DNA from: Deltaproteobacteria bacterium GWB2_55_19
GTDB taxonomy: Bacteria > Desulfobacterota > GWC2-55-46
Length of the DNA stretch: 64,000 nt
Direction of reading: 5' to 3'
NCBI GenBank assembly: GCA_001797465.1
Contig: MGPQ01000010.1
Coordinates: forward strand, 4,028 to 68,027
Shown: piece after piece, positions 38,689 through 48,131 of the stretch
Layout: the number at the start of each line of letters is the position of its first letter
How positions within the stretch are numbered: the stretch's first letter is position 1
Program-made: the position numbers and the translations under genes
The notes under the pieces: model-generated
Told to the model about the DNA's origin: nothing
Seen by the model: only the letters and a program-made list of their open reading frames with translations
The model's database searches: none

Positions 38689-41600
38689 TCACGCCCTGGG
38701 CATTTCGAGAGCGAGGGTGCGGATCCGTCTGATGTCGATCTTGCCTGTTGCCGTGGAGGGTATCTCGTCTATCTGGTAGAGGTCTTCACGTTTGGGAAGC
38801 CAGAGTTTGGGGAGTCCTGTTGCGAGGAGTTTTTCCCGGACCTCGGCGGGCGAGGCCGTGTGGGTGTAGAATGCTATTATGCGTTCCCCGCGTTCCTCGT
38901 CGGGGAGCGCCGTTACCGCGCAGTTGCAGTCGCCGAGGACTTTAGAGATAGTCTCCTCTATCATGATGTGCGGGACCATCTCCCCGCCGATCTTTGAGAA
39001 GCGCGAGAGCCTGTCGGTTATCTTTATGAACCCGTCGTCGCCTATTGAGGCGATGTCGCCAGTCACGTACCAGCCTCCCCGCATGACCTCCCTTGTGGCG
39101 TTCTCGTCGTTTAAGTAGCCCTGCATGAGGCTCGGCCCCTTTATGAGGAGGAGCCCTTCCCTGCCCGCGGGGACCTCGTTGCCTGTTTCGGGGTTGACGA
39201 CTTTTACGGCGACGCCGGGGATGGCATGGCCTACGGTGCCGGCGATGTAGCCGGTCTGCTTGACGCTCTCGTGCTCGACGTCGGGTATGTTGACCGAGAC
39301 GACCGGGGCGAGCTCGGTGCAGCCGTAGCCTTCGAGGAGCTCGACGCCGAACTTTTCCTTGAAGGCCCAGGCTATGTGCGCGCGGAGTTTTTCGGCGCCT
39401 GCTATGGCGTAGCGGAGCGTGGAGAACTCATGCGCGTGGCACTTCCTGACATAGGCTGAGTACAAGGTCGGGGTGCCTATCATGACGGTCGCCTTGTATT
39501 TGGCTGAGAGCTCTCCGACGGTCCTCGCGTCAAGCGGGTTAGCGTGGTAGACGGCGGCGAAGCCTGAGATGAGCGGGTACCAGAGCGTGCCGGTGAAGCC
39601 GAAGGAATGGAAGTACGGGAGCGCCCCCATTAAAACATCCTTATCCGAGGTGACGAAGAGCTGAGAGAAACCCTCGATGTTCGAAACTATGTTGTGGTGC
39701 GTGAGCATGACGCCCTTGGGCTGGCCCGTTGAGCCGGACGTGTAGATGATGGTGGCGAGCCTGCCGGGGTCGGCCTCGCCTTTACAGTAGATCGCCTCAA
39801 GGGCCCTTAGCGGGAGGACGAAGGCGAGGGCGGCGGTCAATAGCTTGTCCACCGGGGAGAACGAGCGCGCGATGTCTTCGATAAAGGCCATGTTCCCAGC
39901 CTCCTCGATCCCCACCTTTGAGAGAAACGCCCTCGAGGTGATGACCGTCTTTATGCCGCTCGCTTCGATGGATGAATCAAGGGCGTCCTTGCCGGAAAGG
40001 AAGTTCAGGTTCACAGGGACCTTGCCGGAGACGAGCACCGCGATATTGGCGAGCGCCCCGGCGACGGACGACGGCAACATGAGCCCAACCTTGTCGTCCG
40101 CTTTAAGGTTCCTGCCGATCCATTTGGAGAGGAGGAGCGAGGAGGCGAGCGTTTTCCCCCAGGTGAGCTTCCTGCCGGTTGAATCCGCCATGCAGAAGGA
40201 GAACCAGCGCGCCTTCGCGGTCTTTATGAAACGCAGGTGCAGGAGGTCGCGTTTGGCCCTCCTGTGAACGACGGCCTCGCTCCCGAGCTCCATAACCGCC
40301 TGCCTTACCTCCTGCGAGGTCGCGCCCGGCGTCATGGGCTTGCCGAAAGAGACCGTCACGTGGTGCGGGAACTCGCCCGGCCACTTCCAGAAGAACCTGC
40401 CGTCCTTGAAGCTGAATACCGAGCCCCATACCCTGTCGAGGTGTACGGGGATTATCGGCACGTCAAGCCCCTCGACTATGCGCTCGAAGCCCTTTTTGAA
40501 GGGCTGGAGGTTCCCGGTCCTGCTTATCGCGCCCTCGGCGAATATGCAGACGATGTGGCCGTCTTTAAGCTCCTCCCTCGCCTTCCCTATGGATTTGAGG
40601 ACGTCTCTGCGGTTGCCGTCGGTTATGGGGATGCACTTCATTATGCGTAGCAGCCAGTTTATGGCCTTTATGTCGTAGAAGTACCTGTGGATCATAAAGC
40701 GGACAAAACGCTGGACGCAGGCGCCGACGAGGAAGCCGTCGGCAAACGACAGGTGGTTGGAGACGAGTAGCGCGGGGCCCTTGAAGGGGACGTTCTCCTC
40801 GCCCACTACCCGTATCTTGTAGAGCGTATGCGTGAGGAGCCATAGGGTGAAACGGATGAGGAAGTCCGGGAGGTACTTCATCATGAAAATGGTGCTCAGA
40901 AGCGTCACAACGCCGAATATTAAAATAATGTCGTCGGCGCTGATTAAAAGCTTGTCCTTCATTATCCAGAAGATGCCCGAGGCCCCGAGTATGCCCGCGA
41001 CCGAGACGAAGTTGGTGGTGGCCACAAGTCGGCCTTTCTCCGTTGCCCCCGCCTTTTGCTGAAGGAGCGCGTTCATCGGGACGATGGCGAGGCCGCCAGT
41101 GAAGCCGAGCATTATGAGGGCCGCGGCGGTCTTCGGATACGAATCGCCGGAGTAGGAGAGGAGGACCGCGAAGAGGCCCATGCCTAACGAGCCGACAGGG
41201 ACGAGCCCGAGCTCGACCTTGTCGCCGGAGAGCGTCCCTGCCGCTATGGAGCCGATGCCGATGCCGATGGCGAGGAAGGTGATGAGGATGCCGATCCACA
41301 GGTCGTTCAGATGCATGATCTCCTTGCCGAGGAGGAGAATGTCCATCTGGAGGAGCGCGCCGAGGAACCAGAAATAGGCTATGCCCCCGACGGTGAGCAT
41401 GAGGATCTTGTCCTCAAAGAGCCGCCTTATCCCCGAGCCTATCTCGCCCCAGGGGTTTAGCTCGAACTTTTTCTTCGCCCCTGAGCTGGGGACCCGGGTT
41501 ATGCCGAAGCTCGCAAGGGTCCCCGCTATCGCGATGGCGACGAGGAAGACGCCGACATATACGAGCTTGTCTTTCCAGGCTGAAAAGATTATCGCGCCCG

Positions 41601-42081
41601 TGGAGGTCCCGATGATTATGGCGAAAAAAGTGGTAAGCTCGAGTATGCCGTTGGCGCGGGACAAGTCCCTGTCAGGGAGCATCTCCGGGACTATACCGTA
41701 CTTGGCCGGGCCGAAGAAGGTGGAGTGTAGGGCCATCAGGAAAAGGGTAACGAGCATGAACTCGATCCTCCCCATCCAGAAGGCGAAGAGGCCGAAGGTT
41801 ACCGCCACTATCTCGAAGAACTTGGCGCCTATAAGTACGGTCCTCTTATTGTAGACGTCTGCGACGTAACCGGCGTAACCCGAGAAGAAAAAGAACGGGA
41901 GGATGAAGACCGCGCCGACGAGCGAGACATAGGCCCCGGACCCCTCTGCCGCCATGTTGACCGCTATCATTGAGAGGACAATTTTAAAGACGTTGTCGTT
42001 ATACGCGCCCAGGAACTGGGTCCATATATACGACTGGAAGCCGAAAGACTTGAAAAGGTCTTTATACCTGCCGACGGTCAT
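38689..42081 (-). CDS. aas: LplT-Aas fusion: MFS lysophospholipid transporter, acyltransferase and acyl-ACP synthetase
   Basis: TQFLGAYNDN MFS start, NHLSFAD and FAEG PlsC motifs, YTSGSTGQPKG, EGYGCTE, TGD, RFSKIGGEMV. Confidence 0.9.
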   Translation of the reverse strand: MTVGRYKDLFKSFGFQSYIWTQFLGAYNDNVFKIVLSMIAVNMAAEGSGAYVSLVGAVFILPFFFFSGYAGYVADVYNKRTVLIGAKFFEIVAVTFGLFAFWMGRIEFMLVTLFLMALHSTFFGPAKYGIVPEMLPDRDLSRANGILELTTFFAIIIGTSTGAIIFSAWKDKLVYVGVFLVAIAIAGTLASFGITRVPSSGAKKKFELNPWGEIGSGIRRLFEDKILMLTVGGIAYFWFLGALLQMDILLLGKEIMHLNDLWIGILITFLAIGIGIGSIAAGTLSGDKVELGLVPVGSLGMGLFAVLLSYSGDSYPKTAAALIMLGFTGGLAIVPMNALLQQKAGATEKGRLVATTNFVSVAGILGASGIFWIMKDKLLISADDIILIFGVVTLLSTIFMMKYLPDFLIRFTLWLLTHTLYKIRVVGEENVPFKGPALLVSNHLSFADGFLVGACVQRFVRFMIHRYFYDIKAINWLLRIMKCIPITDGNRRDVLKSIGKAREELKDGHIVCIFAEGAISRTGNLQPFKKGFERIVEGLDVPIIPVHLDRVWGSVFSFKDGRFFWKWPGEFPHHVTVSFGKPMTPGATSQEVRQAVMELGSEAVVHRRAKRDLLHLRFIKTAKARWFSFCMADSTGRKLTWGKTLASSLLLSKWIGRNLKADDKVGLMLPSSVAGALANIAVLVSGKVPVNLNFLSGKDALDSSIEASGIKTVITSRAFLSKVGIEEAGNMAFIEDIARSFSPVDKLLTAALAFVLPLRALEAIYCKGEADPGRLATIIYTSGSTGQPKGVMLTHHNIVSNIEGFSQLFVTSDKDVLMGALPYFHSFGFTGTLWYPLISGFAAVYHANPLDARTVGELSAKYKATVMIGTPTLYSAYVRKCHAHEFSTLRYAIAGAEKLRAHIAWAFKEKFGVELLEGYGCTELAPVVSVNIPDVEHESVKQTGYIAGTVGHAIPGVAVKVVNPETGNEVPAGREGLLLIKGPSLMQGYLNDENATREVMRGGWYVTGDIASIGDDGFIKITDRLSRFSKIGGEMVPHIMIEETISKVLGDCNCAVTALPDEERGERIIAFYTHTASPAEVREKLLATGLPKLWLPKREDLYQIDEIPSTATGKIDIRRIRTLALEMPRA

Positions 42082-42267
42082 CGGGGTTTAAGCTCCGAGC
42101 GGACAAACGATGGAATTTTAAAGGGAAACAAGCGGAGATTATACTACGATTCCCCTCTCGTGTATATAAGTATAGAGGCATAATGCCGCGCTCTGAGGGC
42201 CGGGACTTGAAACAGCCGGGGGGAGAGGCCTGAGGGCGGGGGTTAACTGTTTATAAAAAAGCGCTTT

Positions 42268-43917
42268 TCATATCCCTGTGATCCTGCCTTCGGCGTCCAC
42301 GTCCATAAGCTCCGCCCTCGGGCTCGAAGGCAGACCCGGCATGAGGAGTATGTCCCCGCACTCGACTACGAGGTATCCGGCGCCGAGAGCGGGCCTTATC
42401 CTTTTCACCTTGAGCGTGAACGGGCCTGGCCTGCCGAGGAGTTTCGGGTTATCAGAGAGCGACCTCGGCGTCTTGGCAATGCAGACCGGCAGGGCGTCGT
42501 ATCCGAGGCGTTCTATCAAAGAGAGGTCGCGTTTCGCGTCGTCACACAGTTCGACCTTTTCCGCCCCGTACATATTCAAGGCGACCGCGCCAATCTTCTC
42601 GATTACCGGCTCGTCGGTATTGTAGAGGAACCTGAGTGCGCCCCCCTCCCCAGCTTTTTTAACAAGCCTCTCGACGCAGTCCACCCCTCCCGCTCCGCCC
42701 TTTTCAAAGCAGTCGACTATCGAGGCCTCAACGCCCATTGCCTTTATCATCGAGGCGAGCGCGTCTATCTCCGCGTCATCGTCTTCAGGGCGCCTGTTTA
42801 CGGCTACGATGAAAGGGACGCCGAATGAGCGGATGTTCTCGATATGCTTGCCGAGGTTATCAAGCCCCTTTTTCAGGGCGTCCGTGTCCTTTTTGAGGTA
42901 ATCCGTTGCGTGGCCGTGGAAACGGAGCGCCCTTGTCGTGGCTATTATTACAACGGCGTCTGGTTTAAGCCCCCCTGCCCTGCATTTTATATCAAAGAAC
43001 TTTTCCGCCCCGAGCTCGGTTGAGAACCCGGCCTCGGTAATAACATAATCCGATACCTTCAAGGCGAGCGAGGTGGCGATCAGGCTGTTGCACCCGAGCG
43101 AAATATTCCCGAAGGGCCCGCCGTGGATAAAGACCGGGGAGCCTTCGTTGGTCTGCACGAGATTCGGGTGTATAGCTGACCTCATGAGCGCGGTAACTGC
43201 CCCTGTTATCTTAAGATCATCGACCGTTACCGGGCCCCCGTTCTTGTCGAGCGCAAGGAGGATCTTACCCACGCGGGCCCTGAACTCGTCGAGGTCCCTT
43301 ACAAGACATAAGGTCGACATCAATTCAGAGGCCGCTGAAATATGGAACTCGTCCATCCGCTCCTCGACTGTACCGGGGGAGACGACTACCCTTCGGAGGG
43401 CCCTGTCGCTTATGGGAGAAACGCGCCTCCAGAAGATATTGGCCGTATCTATGCCGAGCTTATTCCCGAAATGGATGTGGTTGTCGAGGACGGATGAAAT
43501 GAGGTTATGTCCGGCGATGACTGCGTAATCGTCGCCTGTAAACTGGAGCGCTATATCGTCGGAGGGGATCACCTGCGAGTGCCCGCCGCCGGTCGCCCCG
43601 CCCTTTGAGCCGAAGAACGGCCCTAAGGACGGTTGCCTTATGCAGGCCGAGGCGTTCAGCCCCAGCGCCCTGAATGCCTGCGCAAGGCCGATTACAACGG
43701 TCGTCTTCCCCTCTCCAGCCGGGGTGGGTGACATGGCGGTCACGAGGATTAGCCTTCCGTCTGGCCTCTTCTCCAGGTGCCGACAGAGCGTGGAGCGTAC
43801 CTTGGCGATGTTGGGGCCGTAGTGTATCAGCGACTCCGCCGGTATCGTCAGAGACGCGGCTATCTCCTCGATGGGTCTGAGTGTTACGCCTTCGGCAATA
43901 TCGCGGTCGCTCAGCAT
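42268..43917 (-). CDS. fhs: Formate-tetrahydrofolate ligase
   Basis: MLSD.DIA start, SPTPAGEGKTT, KGGATGGG, PNLVQT, HGGPFGNI, TEAGF, KFFDIKCR, MPGL. Confidence 0.92.
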   Translation of the reverse strand: MLSDRDIAEGVTLRPIEEIAASLTIPAESLIHYGPNIAKVRSTLCRHLEKRPDGRLILVTAMSPTPAGEGKTTVVIGLAQAFRALGLNASACIRQPSLGPFFGSKGGATGGGHSQVIPSDDIALQFTGDDYAVIAGHNLISSVLDNHIHFGNKLGIDTANIFWRRVSPISDRALRRVVVSPGTVEERMDEFHISAASELMSTLCLVRDLDEFRARVGKILLALDKNGGPVTVDDLKITGAVTALMRSAIHPNLVQTNEGSPVFIHGGPFGNISLGCNSLIATSLALKVSDYVITEAGFSTELGAEKFFDIKCRAGGLKPDAVVIIATTRALRFHGHATDYLKKDTDALKKGLDNLGKHIENIRSFGVPFIVAVNRRPEDDDAEIDALASMIKAMGVEASIVDCFEKGGAGGVDCVERLVKKAGEGGALRFLYNTDEPVIEKIGAVALNMYGAEKVELCDDAKRDLSLIERLGYDALPVCIAKTPRSLSDNPKLLGRPGPFTLKVKRIRPALGAGYLVVECGDILLMPGLPSSPRAELMDVDAEGRITGI

Positions 43918-43958
43918 GGATAATTCGTAGCACACTCCCTCACTTGAGTCAACTGCTT

Positions 43959-44134
43959 GGGTACTCGGCGTACGGCCAATTGCAAATCGGGTCGCTTCAG
44001 ACTGCCTTAGGCGCTGCCACTCGATACGGATTTGCCAGTCCGGCGAGGGTACTCGGCGTACGGCCAGATTCAAATCGGGTCGCTTCAGACTGCCTGATCC
44101 ACAGCCGCCCGGTACGGATTTGCCCGTGCGGCAA
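43959..44134. repeat. Two tandem 88-bp repeat units (74/88 identical by hand alignment)
   Basis: Units 43959-44046 and 44047-44134 share GGGTACTCGGCGTACGGCCA, CAAATCGGGTCGCTTCAGACTGCCT and TACGGATTTGCC. Confidence 0.85.
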
Positions 44135-44184
44135 GCACCATTTGGTATGGACTCAAAGGGGCTGAAAAGTTATAATGCCGGCAT

Positions 44185-44901
44185 ATGATAATGGATAATG
44201 AAAGGTATGCCGCCTCTTTTGCCGAGGTATGCACAAAGAGGTGCGGCGGGCTCTGTTGCAACCCGTGGTGGGGTATCATCTCCTACGGCGTCGTCAAAAA
44301 AGGGGGGCTCTCCGGCTTAAAGGCGTTTAAAACCGAATTGACGTCTGGCATAAGGGAGAGGGAGAAGCGGATAACCTCCGCCTATGTCACGGCAGAGGCC
44401 CCCCCCAGGCCGCTCTTCGGAGAGAGCGAGAGGTACAGCTTAAAACTCATGGGCGTCAAGAGGAACGGGGACGCACTTGAGCTCTCGCTCCTCGCGATGT
44501 TCGCCTTCCGTTGCAGGTTTTTGTCAGAAAATAATTTCTGCTCAATACACCCGTCGCTTATGGACTCGAAGGAGATAAGGCCGCCGCATTGCGGGAACCT
44601 CGGCTCTCCTCTGGCTAAGTCCGGTGAAAAGTGGTACTGCCGCGTCATAGAGGCGGCGGGGTCCGGCGACGAGACGCTTACAAAGGCCATAGAGGTCGAG
44701 AAGGCCTCGAGCGAGCGACATCTGATGGAGGGCGCGGCAACGGCGGAAGAGGCCGCTGAAAAGATAGTCGAGGGGTTAAAGGCCTTCTGCATAAAGAGCT
44801 TCCCGGACCTCCTGCCTCGGGAAAAGGCCGGGACGCCCGGCAGGAACGACCCGTGCTGGTGCGGCTCAGGCGAGAAGTTCAAGAAGTGCCACGGGAGATA
44901 A
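44185..44901 (+). CDS. Cys-cluster (YkgJ-like) protein with C-terminal SEC-C motif
   Basis: CxxxCGGLCC, CRFL....CSIH....RP.HC, GRNDPCWCGSGEKFKKCHG; TGGACT-17-TATAAT 8 nt before ATG. Confidence 0.75.
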   Translation: MIMDNERYAASFAEVCTKRCGGLCCNPWWGIISYGVVKKGGLSGLKAFKTELTSGIREREKRITSAYVTAEAPPRPLFGESERYSLKLMGVKRNGDALELSLLAMFAFRCRFLSENNFCSIHPSLMDSKEIRPPHCGNLGSPLAKSGEKWYCRVIEAAGSGDETLTKAIEVEKASSERHLMEGAATAEEAAEKIVEGLKAFCIKSFPDLLPREKAGTPGRNDPCWCGSGEKFKKCHGR

Positions 44902-44906
44902 GGGAT

Positions 44907-44939
44907 AAAAAAGGCCCCACCATGTTCGGCGGGGCCTTT
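44907..44939. terminator. Bidirectional terminator between convergent genes
   Basis: AAAAAAGGCCCC...GGGGCCTTT. Confidence 0.6.
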
Positions 44940-44970
44940 GAGTGTCGCTTGCTTGTATAATCAGAGCCTG

Positions 44971-45732
44971 TTAGAACATCGAGCTCATCATCCTTGAGAA
45001 GTCCTCTGGGTTCTTATCCGTGCGCAACCCATCTTCCTTTACGAAGTCTATCCCCTCAAGCCCGCGATTCCGGTAATAAAAGGGCCTCTGCTCGTCCTTC
45101 GACGAGTATGTGTAGTCCTTCTCAATAACGAACCTCTGATCGCCGTGGCAGGCGAAGTACCAAGGGTCCTTACCCTCTCCTGAAGAGAGGAAGTAATTGA
45201 ACGCCTCGATGCCGCCGACCTTCGTAAGCCTTACGGTCCTGCCGTAGCGCTTCGAGACTACCATCTCCGGCGTGCCGTTCTCTATCTTGCATAGCGCGGA
45301 CATGTACTGGAGGAGGTCGACGGACCTGTACCCCTCCTTTATCTTTATCCCGTTGACCGGGGCAGTGAGCTCGTTTAATGATGGGAGCGAGTTCCTGTAC
45401 ACAAACGGCTGGGGTGAGGCGTTCAAGACTATGAAAAAGGCCTTACCGCTGTCCTTTGGGCCTTCGAGCCTCCGCGTCTCAAAAAGCTCCCCGCAAACCG
45501 CGCCGTCCCCGTCTATCTTAAGCCCTTCTGTGCATATCGCCTTGAGCTCAGCCTCTATGTCCCCGGCTTCATTTCCTGAGACGACGGTCAGGTAGTCGTC
45601 TATCGAGTAGAGCGCATCCACACTCCTCGACCCGAGGAGCCTCGCCCTCACACTCTCTTCGGAGCCGTAGGAGAGCGCAGGAAATAGCGCCGGGAGCAGG
45701 GTGAGCAGTATGAGATATGCGAGTTTAGCCAT
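44971..45732 (-). CDS. Secreted hypothetical protein
   Basis: AAGGAGGT RBS, signal-peptide-like N-terminus, four Cys; no family recognised. Confidence 0.65.
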   Translation of the reverse strand: MAKLAYLILLTLLPALFPALSYGSEESVRARLLGSRSVDALYSIDDYLTVVSGNEAGDIEAELKAICTEGLKIDGDGAVCGELFETRRLEGPKDSGKAFFIVLNASPQPFVYRNSLPSLNELTAPVNGIKIKEGYRSVDLLQYMSALCKIENGTPEMVVSKRYGRTVRLTKVGGIEAFNYFLSSGEGKDPWYFACHGDQRFVIEKDYTYSSKDEQRPFYYRNRGLEGIDFVKEDGLRTDKNPEDFSRMMSSMF

Positions 45733-46043
45733 ATTACCTCCTTATCGGCGACCGTTGCGAAAGGCTTTAGCGATAGACGCAAAAATATGAGCCGGTTTCA
45801 AGACCCGCTGATTGGTCTTAAATCTATCAGACAGAACCTTAAAAACTGATTAAGGGTTATGTGACAAGGGCCTGCAATCGTGGACGCCTCTCGGCGGATC
45901 GTGGGAATGATATTAAGGCAACCGGCTTTTAAATGATGTGATTTTTGTAGGGTTTACTGACGACGCAATGCGGGGCTATAATCGGGGCTGTTATAACTCG
46001 AAAAGAACCGTCCCCTCCCCCTTAAACGAAGGGAGGGGACGTA

Positions 46044-46163
46044 TATGAACTTTGCCCGTGGGCTAGGACTGCTCGGCGCAGGGCCAATGTTCCTCGGAGG
46101 GCCTTTTGGCTGACAAACCTTCTGACGATAGATACGAGATTTGCCCGTCCGGCTAGGACTCGG
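46044..46163. repeat. Degenerate copy of the 88-bp repeat family overlapping the kamA stop
   Basis: TTTGCCCGT..GGCTAGGACT at 46051 and 46140 (89-bp period); CTCGGCGCAGGGCCAAT and GATACGAGATTTGCCCGTCCGGC resemble the units at 43959-44134. Confidence 0.6.
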
Positions 46164-47325
46164 GCTCTATGTAGTTGAATATCCTGTTCTCGTAGTTTCT
46201 GAGGGTCACCCTCCCCTTTGCCTGTGAGAGCATATATGTCGGGGCTATCGGGATCTTGCCGCCGCCGCCCGGGGCGTCTACCACGAAGGTCGGAACCGCG
46301 TAGCCTGTCGTGTGGCCTCTGAGCTCTTCGATGATGTTTATGCCAACCGAAACCGGGGTCCTGAAGTGACTTGTCCCCATCGCCATGTCGCACTGGTAGA
46401 CGTAGTAGGGGCGCACGCGGACTTTCATAAGCTCGTGCATGAGCTTCTTCATGACCGCGGGCTTGTCGTTTACGCCTTTAAGGAGAACGGTCTGGCTCCC
46501 GAGAGGGATGCCCGCGTCGGCGAGCATGGTGCAGGACTTTACTACCTCCGGGGTTATTTCCCTCGGGTGCGAGAAGTGGATGGAGAGGTAGAGCGGGTGG
46601 TACTTCTTGAGCATGGAGACGAGTTCCTCGTTCACCCTCATGGGGAGCGTGACCGGGACCCTTGTGCCAATCCTTATTATTTCGAGGTGCGGGATAGAGC
46701 GGAGCTTGGAGATGTAGCTCTCGAGAACCTCTGTCTTCATCATGAGCGGGTCTCCGCCGGAGATGAGGACGTCGCGTATGGATTTTTTCGATTTGATATA
46801 TTTGTAAGCGTCCTCGAAACGGTCCGAGGGCATGGGCGGGTGTTCCTCGCCGACCATGCGTTTCCGGGTGCAGTACCTGCAATACATGGCGCAGGAGTCG
46901 GTGACGATAAGGAGCGCCCTGTCCGGGTACCTGTGGACGAGGCCCGGGACCGGCGAGTGCGAGTCCTCTCCGCACGGGTCTATCATCTCGCATGAGGAGA
47001 CGCTGAACTCCTCGAGGCGCGGGATCGCCTGTTTCCTTATCGGGCACCTTGGGTCGTTCCTGTCGATAAGGGAGAAGAAGTACGGGGTTATGGCCATCGC
47101 GAGCCTGCCTGTGGCCCTCTTTATCCCTTCCTCTTCCCTCCGGGTAAGCGGGATGAGCTCCCGTATCACATCGAGAGAGGTGATGCGGTTCTTAAGCTGC
47201 CATTTCCAGTCGTACCAGCACTCTGGCCGCGAGCCAGGCTCCTCAATATATTCGGCTAACTCTGTCTTATACTTCCTCGCGGGATTACAACTGGGCGGCT
47301 CAGAGCTTATCGACAGCCCTTCCAT
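46153..47325 (-). CDS. kamA: KamA family radical SAM enzyme (lysine 2,3-aminomutase-like)
   Basis: HRYPDR, CAMYCRYCTR, SGGDPL, RIGTR, QTVLLKGVND, RPYY, DAPGGGGKIP (PLP Lys). Confidence 0.85.
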   Translation of the reverse strand: MEGLSISSEPPSCNPARKYKTELAEYIEEPGSRPECWYDWKWQLKNRITSLDVIRELIPLTRREEEGIKRATGRLAMAITPYFFSLIDRNDPRCPIRKQAIPRLEEFSVSSCEMIDPCGEDSHSPVPGLVHRYPDRALLIVTDSCAMYCRYCTRKRMVGEEHPPMPSDRFEDAYKYIKSKKSIRDVLISGGDPLMMKTEVLESYISKLRSIPHLEIIRIGTRVPVTLPMRVNEELVSMLKKYHPLYLSIHFSHPREITPEVVKSCTMLADAGIPLGSQTVLLKGVNDKPAVMKKLMHELMKVRVRPYYVYQCDMAMGTSHFRTPVSVGINIIEELRGHTTGYAVPTFVVDAPGGGGKIPIAPTYMLSQAKGRVTLRNYENRIFNYIEPES

Positions 47326-47337
47326 TCGGATCTCCTC

Positions 47338-47613
47338 CTACCCCTGAGTGGGTTTTTCTGTTTTTGTGAAGCTCAGTTGCGGACTTGCGAGCTCTTCCAT
47401 CGCTTTTTCGAAGGCTATCTTGTATTTGAACCCTTTTTTCAGGTACTTCCATATGTACTCGACCTTCTTCGCGTCCTCTTCGGAGTATTCCCTGAACTCC
47501 TTTTCACCGATGACAGTCTTCTGGGGCTTGATAAAGCCCTTCTGCTCAAGGTAGTAGAGCTTTTGCCTTGGTATGTCTATCTTTGCCAATAGCTCTGGCG
47601 TCCTTATGCCCAC
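47338..47613 (-). CDS. Stand-alone MerR-like HTH protein
   Basis: IPRQKLYYLEQKGFIKP......FREYSEED wing; GTG start after GAGGAG; 12 nt before kamA. Confidence 0.75.
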   Translation of the reverse strand: MGIRTPELLAKIDIPRQKLYYLEQKGFIKPQKTVIGEKEFREYSEEDAKKVEYIWKYLKKGFKYKIAFEKAMEELASPQLSFTKTEKPTQG

Positions 47614-47670
47614 CCTTATCTAAACTCCTCTTTATTAAAAGCCTGAGCTTGTATGAAAGCATTTTTAAGG

Positions 47671-47730
47671 TTATTCTTATTCTTATAATAAGTTTAAATT
47701 TATTTTAGAGTTTAAATAAAAATTTGTCAA
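47671..47730 (-). promoter_or_regulatory. Promoter of merR-like/kamA with repeated element downstream
   Basis: TTGACA-17 nt-TAAAAT (47730-47702); TTATTC direct repeats and CTTATT-N5-AATAAG at 47671-47692. Confidence 0.6.
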
Positions 47731-48131
47731 GAGAAAAAATGTAGCAAAACCAAGGGGTGGTGCTCTGGGTTATTGAGTAGGGGAAAAACCCGCCCATTTT
47801 TCCCCTCTCTCCTAAAAAAGCACGAAAAGAGATATTTATCAGTGACTTTGATTCGGATTTCCCCTATAAACATATCGGTATATTGTCAAAGACCTTAAAG
47901 ATCCACAAGTAACGCTCAGGAAGGGAGGAGGGCTGATAAGAGTTATCCAGCGGTAAAGGTAAGGGCAGGGCGATTGCTCAAAAACCTGTTTGAGCCTGTA
48001 CTGAAAGACAAAGGGGTTGAAAAAACCTTTTAAAACAACATATTGACTTTCAGGCTGGATTTGCTAATCTTTTTGGACAGGCTTTTTTCAATAGACTTCT
48101 CAAACATAACTTATCAAGGAGTGTAAATATA

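Noticed and set aside
43918-44073. 52-aa N-terminal extension of Fhs in the ORF track (likewise the mltG extension from 20361)
   Set aside because: Runs through the repeat or overlaps ruvX; family-typical N-termini start at 43917 and 20532
43995-44096. Neisseriaceae-like DNA uptake sequence AGGCAGTCTGAA (minus strand)
   Set aside because: Noticed only inside the tandem repeat, not dispersed through the window
43959-44134. ZTP (pfl) riboswitch upstream of fhs
   Set aside because: Gene context fits and the minus strand has UGAAG and GCCGUACGCC, but the conserved GACUG and terminal UGGGC are absent, a candidate fhs promoter (TTGACT near 43952) lies downstream of the element, and a related copy occurs at kamA
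43959-44134. CRISPR mini-array
   Set aside because: Only two units, variable patches of 4-10 nt rather than spacers, no cas genes
45733-45960. GEMM-I (c-di-GMP/cGAMP) riboswitch before the secreted protein
   Set aside because: GACGCAAA occurs only on the wrong strand and the P2/P3 tetraloop-receptor layout could not be built
47731-48131. Hidden ncRNA or small gene in the long AT-rich spacer
   Set aside because: Only divergent promoter-like elements were recognisable; no convincing structure or RBS-led ORF
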